From Elusimicrobiota bacterium (lineage in GTDB: Bacteria > Elusimicrobiota > Elusimicrobia > UBA1565 > UBA9628): a stretch of DNA of 64,000 nt. The notes beneath the pieces were generated by a model. It worked only from the letters and a program-made list of their open reading frames with translations. It had not been told where the DNA came from and did no database searches. The stretch's first letter is position 1. Every line of letters starts with the position of its first letter. Of this stretch, positions 1-8,123 are shown one piece after another. The stretch lies in NCBI GenBank assembly GCA_016207665.1, contig JACQPG010000050.1:5519-69518 (forward strand), in the 5' to 3' direction. Position numbers and translations under genes: made by a program.

Positions 1-1465
1 TCTTGACCTCGCCCAAGGCCTGGGCTTCCCGGACTTTCTCGAGCAACTGTCCGATGCGCGGGCCGGGCTGTAGTTTGAGGGCCTTCATCACCTCATGCCC
101 GTTGACTATAGGCCTGGGCAGAGGGCCTGGGCCTGGAGCGAGCAGTTTCTTGAGAAGATGGGAGACGACCTGCAGGTGATAAATGGTCTTGCGCGCTTCC
201 ACGGGCTTGATCCGAGATAGGGAGCGGCCCTCCGGCCCCTGGGGCTCGAGCCGGGCGCGGCCGAGATGCTTAAGAAGGACCGGGTGCGGCAAATAACTCG
301 CATGATCGGCCCAGCAGACCAGGAGCAGGTCCAGGGCCCGGGGGCCCAGGTCCCGGAAGAAGCGATAGGCCGCCTTGTCCGTGATCATGCCGGAAGCCGC
401 GAGATTGCCGGGCCGCAGATGATGCGCTATCACGGTCGACAGCGTATCCACCACCTCTCCCGGGAAGCGCAGCTCCCTGAGTAGCTCGGCCGCCTGGCGG
501 GCGCCAAGCTGGTCGTGGCCGAAGAATCTCAGGCGTCCGCCGACCTTGCGCGCCGTGGCCGGCTTGGCGATGTCATGGAGAAGGGCGCCGAGCATCAATA
601 CGGACTTGCGCGTCGCCGCGCCGAATGGGCGCTCGAGCTCGGCCGACAAGGCCGAGGCGTGATCCGGGAAAACCTTGGAGAGATTATGAAAGAGAAAATC
701 CGCTCGAGACGCGGTGTCGAGAGAATGCCGAAGCACCCCTCCCGAGCCATAATAGACAGTGGCGCAGGCCCGCTCGGGCTCGAGCTCCGGCAGCAGGGCG
801 GTAAGCAAGGAGCACTCGTCCATGCGCTTGAGCCATTCGGACGCGCCCGGGTTGCCGAGCAGCAGTCCGAGCTCGGCCTGTATCCGTTCTCCGGTAGGTT
901 TGCGCGCCAAAGACCGGCATCGGCGTATGTGCTTCAAGGTGCCGGCTTCGATGTTGAATCCAAGTTGGGAGGCGAAACGAAAGGCTCGCAGTAGGCGCAA
1001 TGGATCGGACTCGAATAAATCGGCGCTTTCGGCCCGCAATAGGCGACCCTTGATGTCGCGCAGCCCGCCGCGAGGGTCTATCACTTTCGAGGGCTCGAGC
1101 GTGGCCGGCTGTTTGGATGAGATCTCGACTGCAAGCGCGTTGACCGTGAAATCCCGCCGGGCGAGGTCCTGCAGAATGCCAGGGCCTTGCAAGCGTGCGA
1201 CGTCGAGTCGGCGGACCTGGCGGAAGGAGGCGGGAAGGGCGACGCGATAGACTCCCTCCTTCGCGTCAAGGGTTACGAATTTTCCCCCGAAGGCCGAGGC
1301 CAGGCGGCGGGACAAGGCCTCTGGCCGGCGACAGGCTAGATCGAGGTCGACCCAGGGTCGTTGAAGGAGAATATCCCGGATCGCTCCTCCCACCAGGAAG
1401 ATGGATCCCGAGCCTATACGCGCCGCCTCGCGTAAAAGCCGGATGGACTCGTCATTGAGACGCAT
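1..1465 (-). CDS. tRNA nucleotidyltransferase (CCA-adding)/poly(A) polymerase family protein with HD domain; C-terminus runs off window edge
   Basis: Minus-strand frame is open from ATG at 1465..1463 to position 1. N-terminus MRLNDESIRLLREAARIGSGSIFLVGGAIRDILLQRPWVDLDLA matches the class II nucleotidyltransferase GGxxRD motif region. A later HD-type motif LLHDIAKP is present. The ORF track does not list it because no stop codon lies inside the window. Confidence 0.75.
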   Translation of the reverse strand, partial: MRLNDESIRLLREAARIGSGSIFLVGGAIRDILLQRPWVDLDLACRRPEALSRRLASAFGGKFVTLDAKEGVYRVALPASFRQVRRLDVARLQGPGILQDLARRDFTVNALAVEISSKQPATLEPSKVIDPRGGLRDIKGRLLRAESADLFESDPLRLLRAFRFASQLGFNIEAGTLKHIRRCRSLARKPTGERIQAELGLLLGNPGASEWLKRMDECSLLTALLPELEPERACATVYYGSGGVLRHSLDTASRADFLFHNLSKVFPDHASALSAELERPFGAATRKSVLMLGALLHDIAKPATARKVGGRLRFFGHDQLGARQAAELLRELRFPGEVVDTLSTVIAHHLRPGNLAASGMITDKAAYRFFRDLGPRALDLLLVCWADHASYLPHPVLLKHLGRARLEPQGPEGRSLSRIKPVEARKTIYHLQVVSHLLKKLLAPGPGPLPRPIVNGHEVMKALKLQPGPRIGQLLEKVREAQALGEVK

Positions 1466-1579
1466 CGGAGCGAGTTTTCTCTGGCTCACGATCTGATTCT
1501 ATCTAATTGGCGCTATTTGAAATGGAACTTTAACGCGTCGTCAATCGTATGCCATGGGGGGGCGAGAGGGGACTGGCTA

Positions 1580-1603
1580 AAGTATACGTGACAGTGTATA
1601 CTT
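1580..1603. promoter_or_regulatory. 8-bp inverted repeat AAGTATAC-N8-GTATACTT immediately upstream of the phd start; likely antitoxin operator overlapping a TATACT -10-like box
   Basis: Seen directly in sequence. The palindrome ends 4 nt before the ATG at 1608. Type II antitoxins commonly autoregulate through such palindromes. Confidence 0.45.
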
Positions 1604-1607
1604 AGGC

Positions 1608-1880
1608 ATGGCCAAGACCGTGAGCCTCAAGGAGCTGAGACCCAATCTTCCCAAGATCATGGCGAATGTAGACCAGAAGTTCGATCGCTATATCGTGACT
1701 AAACGCGGCCGTCCGCTGGCGGTCATCCTCAGCACGGACGACTACGAGGGCCTGCTCGAGACCATCGAAATTCTTCAGGCCCCAGCCTGTTTGAGGCGCA
1801 TAAGTCGCGCCAAGAAAGAGATGCGAGCGGGAAAGGTCAGAAGCTTGGAAGAGATTCACCGGTCTCTGGATCGTGTTTAA
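1608..1880 (+). CDS. Phd/YefM family type II antitoxin
   Basis: 90 aa, MAKTVSLKELRPNLPKIMANV...GRPLAVILSTDDYEGLLETIEIL. Typical Phd/YefM fold signature. Overlaps the downstream toxin gene by 8 nt. Confidence 0.85.
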   Translation: MAKTVSLKELRPNLPKIMANVDQKFDRYIVTKRGRPLAVILSTDDYEGLLETIEILQAPACLRRISRAKKEMRAGKVRSLEEIHRSLDRV

Positions 1881-2133
1881 GATCTATCTAACCCGCGACG
1901 CGGAGGCGACCTATCGCTGGCTTCAAGATCGGGATTTTCGGCTCTGGCAGAGGATTCGCCTGGCCTTGGACGGTTTGCGAACCGATCCCCGTCAAGGGAA
2001 GCTTCTCAAGGGAGCATTTCGGGGCGATTATTCGTTGCGAGTAGGTTCCTACCGCATCATCTATACGGTCGAGCATAGGATTTTGACTGTGATTGTCATC
2101 GACATCGGGCACAGGCGGGAGATTTATCGGTAG
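1873..2133 (+). CDS. RelE/ParE family type II toxin
   Basis: 86 aa, GTG start. Motif GKLLKGAFRGDYSLRVGSYRIIYTVEHRILTVIVIDIGHRREIY is characteristic of RelE/ParE. Confidence 0.8.
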   Translation: MFKIYLTRDAEATYRWLQDRDFRLWQRIRLALDGLRTDPRQGKLLKGAFRGDYSLRVGSYRIIYTVEHRILTVIVIDIGHRREIYR

Positions 2134-2139
2134 GCGGAA

Positions 2140-3726
2140 TTAAGCGGGACCAGAGGAAGGCGGGGCCGCGGTTCTCTTGTCCAGCTCTCTCTGGCGAAGG
2201 GCGCGCTTGAGCACCTTCTGAAGGGCGTTCTTGGGCAGGGCTTCGACTATCTCGATATCCCGAGGCCGCTTATAGGGATCGAGCTTGCTGCGGCAAAATT
2301 GCATCAGTCCCGACTTATCGGTCGAGGCGCCTTTCTTGAGCACGACGAAAGCCTTGATGGTCTCGTCGCCATGCTCGTCTGGTATGCCGATGAGCGCCGC
2401 CTCCTGGACGTCGGGATGCTCGAGCATCACGGATTCGACCTGGGCCGAAAAGACCTTCAGGCCCTTGATGATGATCATGTCCTTCTTGCGGTCGCGGATG
2501 TAGAGATAGCCTTCCGAGTCCAAGGCCCCGATATCCCCGGTCTTGAACCAGCCGTCGGTGGTGAACGCCTCGCGCGTGGCCTGGGGAAGGTTATAATAGC
2601 CCTTCATCACGTTGTCGCCCTTGACGCAGATCTCCCCCTCCTGTCCCAACTCGAGATCATGCTCTTGATCGTCGATGATTCGGACCTTGACTCCATCGAT
2701 CATCGTGCCCACGCTGCCGGGCTTTCGCTTCTCCACCGGATTGACGCTGATGATGGGAGCGGTCTCGGTCAGGCCATAGCCTTCCACGATAGGCACGCGG
2801 AGATTCTTCTCGAAGGCCTCGAGTACCACCGGCGACAGCGGAGCCGCTCCGGAGACGGCCAGCCGGACCTTCCGGAAGAACCAGTAGCGCAGCACCAATC
2901 CCTGCAGCCCGGTCGCCTGCTTGGCCAGGATCGAAAAAAGCTGCGGCACCGCCGAGAACATGGTCACTCCATGCTTGGCCATGAGCCCGAGCCAGGGCCT
3001 GGGCGGGGTGATGGAGGGCGAGATGACGAGCTTGGTTCGCGCCAGCAGCGAGACAAGCACGTTAGCGGTCCATCCGAAAATATGGAACATGGGCAGCAGG
3101 GCCAATTGCACGTCGTTGGGCCTGATAGCGAGCTTCTTGACGCCGGCCACGGCGTTGCTGGCCAGGTTGCGATGGGTGAGCATGACGCCCTTGGGATTGC
3201 CGGTCGTTCCCGAGGTATACAGTATGGCGACCGTATCCTGGTCCTGGGCTTGGGGATAGGAGAGCGCGGCCGGCTCCTGGAGCAGGTTGGAGAAGGGTTC
3301 CTCCCGAGGTCTTTCCCCTTTCTCATCCGCAATGGGATCGGACACCCAGATCATGGCCACGGAGCGGGCCTTGGCCGCTGCGCCGCGCAGACCCTTGAGG
3401 AACTCGCTTTGGGTGACTATCCCTTTGGCCTGGCAGTCGTTGAGCATATAAGCCAGCTCATCGGGCTTTTGCACCATGAAATTGATGGGCACGGCCACGG
3501 CGCCCAGCCTGGCCAGGGCGAAATACGAGATGACGAATACGGGGCTGTTGCGATGAACGATGGCGACCGCGTCGTTCTTGCCGATGCCCCGGGCGGAGAA
3601 GCCGGCCGCTACGAAGAGCACCCGCCGCTGCAGCTCGGAAAAGCTGAGAGTCTCTTCCGGGGTGACCAAGGCGGGTCCTTGCGGAGCCCGGCGCGCCGCC
3701 TCATCGAGAAGGTCGTTGAGGGTCAT
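2140..3726 (-). CDS. long-chain fatty-acid--CoA ligase (AMP-dependent synthetase/ligase)
   Basis: 528 aa. AMP-binding motif YTSGTTGNPKGV and adenylate-forming C-terminal motifs (GWFKTGD, KGLKV) are present. Confidence 0.9.
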   Translation of the reverse strand: MTLNDLLDEAARRAPQGPALVTPEETLSFSELQRRVLFVAAGFSARGIGKNDAVAIVHRNSPVFVISYFALARLGAVAVPINFMVQKPDELAYMLNDCQAKGIVTQSEFLKGLRGAAAKARSVAMIWVSDPIADEKGERPREEPFSNLLQEPAALSYPQAQDQDTVAILYTSGTTGNPKGVMLTHRNLASNAVAGVKKLAIRPNDVQLALLPMFHIFGWTANVLVSLLARTKLVISPSITPPRPWLGLMAKHGVTMFSAVPQLFSILAKQATGLQGLVLRYWFFRKVRLAVSGAAPLSPVVLEAFEKNLRVPIVEGYGLTETAPIISVNPVEKRKPGSVGTMIDGVKVRIIDDQEHDLELGQEGEICVKGDNVMKGYYNLPQATREAFTTDGWFKTGDIGALDSEGYLYIRDRKKDMIIIKGLKVFSAQVESVMLEHPDVQEAALIGIPDEHGDETIKAFVVLKKGASTDKSGLMQFCRSKLDPYKRPRDIEIVEALPKNALQKVLKRALRQRELDKRTAAPPSSGPA

Positions 3727-3735
3727 GGCTTCGCG

Positions 3736-4674
3736 TCACTTCTGGCGGGGATCGAGAATGTCGCGGACCGCGTCCCCCAGCAGGTTCCAGCCCAGGACGA
3801 AGAGGAATATGGTAAATCCCGGGATGAACACGGTGTGCCAGTATTCGAAGGGGTTGCCCGAGGTGCCGAGTATCCAATTGCGCGACAGCGAGATCAATTG
3901 TCCCCAATCGGCGTAGCCTACCGGAGCTCCCAAGCCCAGGAAGCTCAGCGCCGCCGCGGTGATCACGATGCGGCCCATGCTCAGGGAGGCGACCACCAAC
4001 AGGGGATAGATGGAGTTGGGGATGATGTGCCTGAAAAGGATCCTGAAGTCCGAAGCACCGAGCGCGCGCGCCGCCGAGACGAAGTCCCGTTCCTTGATCG
4101 AGAGCACCTCTCCGCGGAGCAGCCGGGCGTAGGAAGGCCAGGAGACGGCCGTCACCGAGAGCATCACGTTATGGAGGCTGGGTCCGCTCACCGCGACGAT
4201 CACGACGGCCAGCACGAGATCGGGGAAAGCCAATATGATGTCAGTGAATCGCATGAGGACGTCATCGACCCAGCCGCCATAGAATCCAGAAAGCCCTCCC
4301 ACGATGATGCCGATGACCAGGGACACGAACACCACGGTCAGCGCCACCCGGAAGGCCGTGCGCGTGCCCCAGACCATGCCGTAATAGAGGTCGTATTGCT
4401 GCTCGGTCGTGCCGAAGATATGCGCGTCGTTGGGCCTAACCGGGTCAGGGCTGTAGCCGTCTTGCGGGATGATATAGGCGTCCCGCGCGTTGGGCGCGGG
4501 AGGAGCGAGCACCGGCGCCAAGGCCGCCGCCAGGGCGAAGAAAGAGATCAGGCCGAAACCCAAAAGCGACATCGGCTTCTTGCGCAGCATGCGCCAGATC
4601 CTTTGAAACCGCGTCTTTTCGGAAGCGGTCTGGGCCGGGGCCGGAGCCGTCGCCGTGGCGCTTTTCGTTTCCAT
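3736..4674 (-). CDS. ABC peptide/nickel transporter permease (DppC/OppC family)
   Basis: Start placed at METKSAT...; the ATG overlaps the dppB stop (TGATG at 4672-4676). BPD-transporter signature region and 6 predicted TM segments. The upstream 181 codons of the listed ORF overlap dppB and are not counted as coding. Confidence 0.85.
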   Translation of the reverse strand: METKSATATAPAPAQTASEKTRFQRIWRMLRKKPMSLLGFGLISFFALAAALAPVLAPPAPNARDAYIIPQDGYSPDPVRPNDAHIFGTTEQQYDLYYGMVWGTRTAFRVALTVVFVSLVIGIIVGGLSGFYGGWVDDVLMRFTDIILAFPDLVLAVVIVAVSGPSLHNVMLSVTAVSWPSYARLLRGEVLSIKERDFVSAARALGASDFRILFRHIIPNSIYPLLVVASLSMGRIVITAAALSFLGLGAPVGYADWGQLISLSRNWILGTSGNPFEYWHTVFIPGFTIFLFVLGWNLLGDAVRDILDPRQK

Positions 4675-5699
4675 CAGCCTATGCGTATGCGCGGGTCTAC
4701 GAGGGCGTAGACGATGTCCGAGATTAAGTTGGCCAAGACGAACAGGAACGCGGCCAGCAGGCTCGAGCCGAGCACCCCGGGGACGTCGAGCTGCTGCGCC
4801 GCGACCACGGTCCAGCGGCCTATGCCGGGATAGTCGAAGACGGTCTCGGTGATGACCACGCCGCCCAGCAGGCCGATGAAGAGCAGGCTCGAGAGCGTCA
4901 CCACCGGGATCAACGCGTTGCGCAGGGCGTGCTTCTTGACGATCACCGGCCCGGGCAGGCCCTTGGCGCGCGCCGTTCTGATATAGTCCTTGCCCAGCTC
5001 CTCGAGCATCGAGGAGCGGGTGATGCGCAGCAAGAGCGCCAAGCTGATGTAGATGAGCGTCGTCGCCGGCAGTATCAGATGCTTGATCACGTCGACGAAG
5101 GCGGCGAATTGCCCGTTGAGCAGCGTGTCCACGGTCAGAAGGCCGGTGTAATGCCTGAAGGCCTCGGAGTGCACCAGAAGATCGACGTCGAGGGAATAGC
5201 GCCCCGGCGGGAACCAATGCAGCCGGCCGTAAAAGATCATGAGCAGCAACAGGCCCAGGACGAAGCTCGGCAGGGAATAGCCGGTGATGGCGATGAAGCG
5301 CGTTAGGTGGTCTATGAATCGATCCTTGTAGACGGCCGAAAGCGTGCCCAAATAGACCCCGATGATCAGGATCGGCAGGAACGCCAGCACCGCCAGCTCG
5401 AAGGTCGCAGGGAAGAAGGCACGGACGGCCTCGGCCACGGGCATCTTGGCGGTCTCGGAATATCCCAGGTCGCCTCGCAGCACCTGCTTAAGCCAGATCC
5501 AGTACTGCACCGGCATGGGGTCGCGCAACCTGTACTTCTCGATCACCTGCTCCAGGGCCGAGAGTTGGCGCGGGTCCTTGATGTAGAGCGAGGCCCTCAT
5601 CTCCGGCGTCAGGAACTGGAGCGCCCCGAACAAAAGGGCCGTCACGCCGAACATGACGAAAGGCAGGAACAAGAGGCGGCGGCCGATGAATTTAAGCAC
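4674..5699 (-). CDS. ABC peptide/nickel transporter permease (DppB/OppB family)
   Basis: 341 aa. Typical DppB N-terminus MLKFIGRRLLFLPFVMFGVTALLF and EAA-like loop (YIRTARAKGL). Confidence 0.9.
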   Translation of the reverse strand: MLKFIGRRLLFLPFVMFGVTALLFGALQFLTPEMRASLYIKDPRQLSALEQVIEKYRLRDPMPVQYWIWLKQVLRGDLGYSETAKMPVAEAVRAFFPATFELAVLAFLPILIIGVYLGTLSAVYKDRFIDHLTRFIAITGYSLPSFVLGLLLLMIFYGRLHWFPPGRYSLDVDLLVHSEAFRHYTGLLTVDTLLNGQFAAFVDVIKHLILPATTLIYISLALLLRITRSSMLEELGKDYIRTARAKGLPGPVIVKKHALRNALIPVVTLSSLLFIGLLGGVVITETVFDYPGIGRWTVVAAQQLDVPGVLGSSLLAAFLFVLANLISDIVYALVDPRIRIG

Positions 5700-5701
5700 T
5701 G

Positions 5702-7468
5702 TCAGCGCCCTTTTCCAGCGGCACCCGCCTTGTAGATCGGGTAATAGTAGCTGCCATAGGGCGAATCCGGGAACACCGGGTTATGATACCAGCCCTTGAC
5801 CCAATCCCGCTGGGTGCGATAGCGCACCCCGTCCAAGACCACGATATGCGGCACGTCCTCATATTCGATCTCCTGGGCCTTGCGATAGAGCTCCTTGCGT
5901 TTGGCGATATTGGTCTCGCGATTGGCGGCCTCGATGATCTTGTCGAGCTCCTCGTTCTTGTACTTTTGAGTGATCGGATAATCCCCCAGCGAATGCAGCA
6001 GGGGGAAGGCGAAGTTGTGCGGGTCGGGGTAATCGGCGTTCCAGCCCATCACGAACACGGGCAGCTTGGAGGATTTGTAGTTGTCCAGGAACGTGGGCCA
6101 CTCGATGGCCCGCACGTCGATCTTGAATTTGGGATTAAGGCTCTCCACGTTGCGCTTGATCATCTGGCAGATGGTCTGGCGCGGGACGTTGCCCGTATTG
6201 AAGGACAGGGTGAACTTGAAGCCGGTTTCCCAGGCCCGGCCTCCCCAGGCCTTTTCGAAATGCTCCTTGGCCTTTTCCATGTCGAACTTATAGGTCTTTT
6301 GCTTCGGATTGTGGCCGGGCAAGGCCTTGGGAATGGCGCCCGTGGCTTGGGTGGCCTTGCCGCGCATCACGTCGCGGATATAGCCCTCGTAATCGAAAGC
6401 ATGGGCGAAGGCCTTGCGCACGTCCTTGTCCGAGTAGAAATCGGGCGGGATGCCGTTGCCGTCGAATTTCCCGGATCCGATATTGGGGTTGGCCACGTGG
6501 TTGATCTTGAAGGTGAAGAAAGCCACGGGATTCATCTCCATGGTGGGAAGATCATCCTTGATCTCGACCCCGTGGATGCCCTGGAGTTGATTGAGCACGG
6601 GGCGGTCCGCGTAGATGGCGTCGGCGTCCCCTGCCTGGAGCATCAGCTTCCGCGTGCCGAACTCGTCGACGCCCTTGACGATCACGTGCTTGAGCTTGGC
6701 CGGCGCCCGCCAATAGCCGTCGTTTCGGGTCAGCACCACTTCCTTGGTCTTTTGATCCCAGCGCTCGAGCTTGAATGGGCCGCTGCCATTGGACCGCTCG
6801 TAGTAAGGGGAGTTCCTCTTCTCGGGATTGTTATGCTTGGCCCAGTTGGCCTCCGCGCCGTCCCAATCCCCGTTCTTGGCCGACCAGGATTTCGAGAGCA
6901 CCGGCGCCCAGGACGCCAATATTCCGAGCAACGGAGCGTAAGGAGCGGGAAGATTGAGCACCAGGTTGTTGCCTTGCGCCTGGACGGCTCTTTCCACGTC
7001 CTTATAGACGTTGGGCTTGAGTTTTCCCCCTTCGTCCCGGGTGGAGGGATAGCCGACCAAGGGCTCGAGCAGCAACGAGGACGGGCCCGCGACGCGGTCG
7101 TAAAGGACGAATCGCATGATGGAGTAACGCACATCCTCCGCGGTCAAGGGGCTGCCGTCATGGAATTTCACGCCCTGGCGAATCGGTATGGTGTAGCGTT
7201 TGCCGTCGGCGGAGATCAGGCCGTTCTCCTTGCTGGGGACCTTGGCGGCTATCAAAGGGACCAGCTTTTCGGTGGACTCCCCATCGAAGAAGAAAAGGGG
7301 CTCGTAGATGTTGAGTATCAGATTGTGGCTGGCCGTATCATAAGACCAGGCGGGATCCAGGCTGTCCGCGCCCGAGATGGTGACATAGATATAGGTGTCC
7401 GGGTTCTTGATCTGCGCGGAAGCAAAAAGTGGCAAGAAGGAGAAAACGAGCGCAAATAATCGTTTCAT
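5702..7468 (-). CDS. ABC transporter substrate-binding protein, family 5 (peptide/nickel)
   Basis: Signal peptide MKRLFALVFSFLPLFASAQ, then an SBP_bac_5-like body. Start moved to the ATG at 7468, which has an AGGA 9 nt upstream. Confidence 0.85.
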   Translation of the reverse strand: MKRLFALVFSFLPLFASAQIKNPDTYIYVTISGADSLDPAWSYDTASHNLILNIYEPLFFFDGESTEKLVPLIAAKVPSKENGLISADGKRYTIPIRQGVKFHDGSPLTAEDVRYSIMRFVLYDRVAGPSSLLLEPLVGYPSTRDEGGKLKPNVYKDVERAVQAQGNNLVLNLPAPYAPLLGILASWAPVLSKSWSAKNGDWDGAEANWAKHNNPEKRNSPYYERSNGSGPFKLERWDQKTKEVVLTRNDGYWRAPAKLKHVIVKGVDEFGTRKLMLQAGDADAIYADRPVLNQLQGIHGVEIKDDLPTMEMNPVAFFTFKINHVANPNIGSGKFDGNGIPPDFYSDKDVRKAFAHAFDYEGYIRDVMRGKATQATGAIPKALPGHNPKQKTYKFDMEKAKEHFEKAWGGRAWETGFKFTLSFNTGNVPRQTICQMIKRNVESLNPKFKIDVRAIEWPTFLDNYKSSKLPVFVMGWNADYPDPHNFAFPLLHSLGDYPITQKYKNEELDKIIEAANRETNIAKRKELYRKAQEIEYEDVPHIVVLDGVRYRTQRDWVKGWYHNPVFPDSPYGSYYYPIYKAGAAGKGR

Positions 7469-7521
7469 GCTCAATATCCTATCAAAAAATGCAGTCCGAG
7501 TCTCGATAGCTCGACGTGCTG

Positions 7522-7857
7522 TTATAGGGCCAGATGCAGTTTTACGGCTCTTTCGACATGCGGAATCAAATCTTGAGGAAGGTTTCCAAGCAATCGACCG
7601 ATACGGCGTTTGTCTACGGTTCGGATTTGGTCGGCCTTGATTTTGACGGGCTTATCATTGTCGAACGAGTCCGGTTTGACCAGGACTTCAAAGGGATGGA
7701 CGTGCTTGACCGAGCTCGTCAAGGGCAATATGGTCACCGTCTCGGCGTGGACATTATTGATGTCGTTGGATAGGATGAGTCCGGGGCGGGTTTTTTGAAT
7801 CTCCGATCCTATCGTCGGATCGAGGTTTATCCAATAAATTTCTCCCCTCTTGATCAT
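7522..7857 (-). CDS. mazF: MazF/PemK family endoribonuclease toxin
   Basis: MIKRGEIYWINLDPTIGSEIQKTRPGLILSND...VTILPLTSS shows the PemK/MazF hallmarks. The ATG overlaps the upstream antitoxin stop as ATGA (7854-7857). Confidence 0.85.
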   Translation of the reverse strand: MIKRGEIYWINLDPTIGSEIQKTRPGLILSNDINNVHAETVTILPLTSSVKHVHPFEVLVKPDSFDNDKPVKIKADQIRTVDKRRIGRLLGNLPQDLIPHVERAVKLHLAL

Positions 7858-8063
7858 AAGCCATCCCCGGAAAGGGCGTCCCATTCTTCATTAAAGGCCT
7901 TGTCCTCTTGGGCGGCTTGACGATAGGCGACCGCAAGCCGCTCGGCGGCCTTTTCCCGCTCGACACCCTCTAGTTTTTCTTTGACGGCCTGAGTGATAAA
8001 CGCGCTTTTGTTGGGCACCTTTTTAAGCAATTCGGCATACTCTTTTGGTATTGTAATATTCAT
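7854..8063 (-). CDS. ribbon-helix-helix (CopG/MazE-like) antitoxin
   Basis: About 70 aa, MNITIPKEYAELLKKVPNKSAFITQAVKEKLE. Sits directly upstream of and overlapping mazF. In-frame alternative starts exist at 8078 and 8084. Confidence 0.7.
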   Translation of the reverse strand: MNITIPKEYAELLKKVPNKSAFITQAVKEKLEGVEREKAAERLAVAYRQAAQEDKAFNEEWDALSGDGL

Positions 8064-8064
8064 T

Positions 8065-8102
8065 CTATGTGTATTCATATACATATTTTAATACACACAT
8101 AG
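8065..8102. promoter_or_regulatory. AT-rich imperfect palindrome CTATGTGTAT...ATACACACATAG with TAAAAT/TATATG -10-like boxes; putative mazEF promoter/operator
   Basis: Seen in sequence: a sharp GC drop and an inverted repeat just upstream of the antitoxin start, inside an otherwise GC-rich operon. Confidence 0.45.
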
Positions 8103-8123
8103 AATTTGGTCAAGGGGGTGTCG

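Noticed and set aside
2299-4710. 803-aa plus-strand ORF and other long ORFs antisense to real genes (5783-7459, 8110-8805, 9465-10340, 12876-14378, 19598-20596, 33100-34191, 38883-39932, 55116-56246, 59660-60841, 61429-62448)
   Set aside because: They run antisense to genes with clear family signatures (ligase, SBP, OPT, carboxyltransferase, TonB, HtrA, GldG, ABC ATPase). Their translations are Arg/Gly/Pro-rich low-complexity sequences typical of spurious antisense frames in high-GC DNA. No domain motifs were recognised.
3736-5217. N-terminal 181 codons of the listed dppC ORF, and similar 5' extensions of the exbD1 (35811-36272), thiolase (24548-24760), inositol monophosphatase (25339-25485), secreted protein (14030-14251), GH-like and HEAT ORFs
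   Set aside because: The extensions overlap the preceding gene in another frame. Conserved N-termini, RBS motifs and ATGA/GTGA overlaps place the true starts downstream.
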